DNA from: an uncultured cyanobacterium
Lineage (GTDB): Bacteria; Cyanobacteriota; Cyanobacteriia; PCC-9006; JAAUQQ01
Reading direction: 5' to 3'
Length of the DNA stretch: 64,000 nucleotides
NCBI GenBank assembly: GCA_963718615.1
Contig: OY970368.1
Location: forward strand, 3,488,001-3,552,000
Shown: in pieces, positions 63,505 to 64,000 of the stretch
Position numbering within the stretch: position 1 is the stretch's first letter
Layout: each line of letters opens with the position of its first letter
The notes under the pieces: generated by a model
The model's input: the letters and a program-made list of their open reading frames with translations, nothing else
Database searches by the model: none
Told to the model about the DNA's origin: nothing
Position numbers and translations under genes: made by a program

Positions 63505-63672
63505 TTAAGATTTTTTATCTTCACTAATTTTAATGGTGAGGTTTTTATCAACGACTAAGCTAATGCTACCTTCTGCTTTTTTCTCGGGAGCAGGCTTAGC
63601 AGATTTGGTTAAATCAAGCGAGAAGAGAGTCACAAAAACAGCAGCAAGAAGAACAGGCGCAAGACTTCCCAT
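63505..63672 (-). CDS. Small 55-aa protein with N-terminal hydrophobic helix
   Basis: MGSLAPVLLAAVFVTLFSLDLTKSAKPAPEKK..; GAGG upstream; below ORF-track cutoff. Confidence 0.55.
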   Translation of the reverse strand: MGSLAPVLLAAVFVTLFSLDLTKSAKPAPEKKAEGSISLVVDKNLTIKISEDKKS

Positions 63673-63908
63673 ATCAACCTCAACGCATAGAAAAGGGTAG
63701 GAGACTCAAGAACGGAGTGAGTCTTTCAATTCTTTCCTGAGCTTACGTGCTGCGTATAATGACTGACCTCTGTATTGAGGTGAATTTACATAATCTCAAT
63801 CTTAGATACGGCTTTAGGATAAACGCTTCGTGAAGCCGCTTAAATACTTGGGAGGGACATGGCGTACCCTGTCCCTCCTGTTGCGCTAGATTACGCTCGG
63901 TAAAACAA

Positions 63909-64000
63909 TTAGCTAGCCGTAGCCGCAGGCTGCTCGGTACTGCCCTGACCCCGACGACGGGTCAATGCATTGAACACAGCAACGCCAATGGCTTTGATCA
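63909..64000 (-). CDS. Possible 3' end of a gene entering from beyond the window
   Basis: Open frame ..IKAIGVAVFNALTRRRGQGSTEQPAATAS-stop; too short to identify. Confidence 0.35.
   Translation of the reverse strand, partial: IKAIGVAVFNALTRRRGQGSTEQPAATAS

Overview
Cyanobacterial chromosomal window, judged from abundant HIP1 GCGATCGC, petF, nrtABCD under a canonical NtcA promoter, PAM68 and Uma2. Housekeeping genes (ruvB, miaA, gyrB, rpsO, ttcA, rlpA) alternate with accessory loci. The most unusual structure is at 18.7-25.7 kb. A caspase-STAND-WD40 (NLR-like) gene with 14 near-identical, site-hypervariable WD40 repeats is followed by three different toxin-antitoxin-like cassettes (unknown toxin/immunity-like pair, VapC, PemK/MazF). 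Each cassette is bounded by a displaced copy of the gene's own 222-bp 3' tail, resembling a recombination-built cassette array. A second candidate system lies in a low-GC island (50.3-59.5 kb): alpha/beta hydrolase, gingipain-like C25 protease and CHAT-STAND-WD40, preceded by a three-subsite palindromic site and a dead group II intron 3' end. Also present are an uncharacterised CxxCH/peptidoglycan-binding operon, a paralogue triplet, tiny mobile repeats inside coding DNA and a GMC oxidoreductase pseudogene. No rRNA, tRNA or CRISPR array was seen. All family calls come from motif recognition by eye, not database searches.
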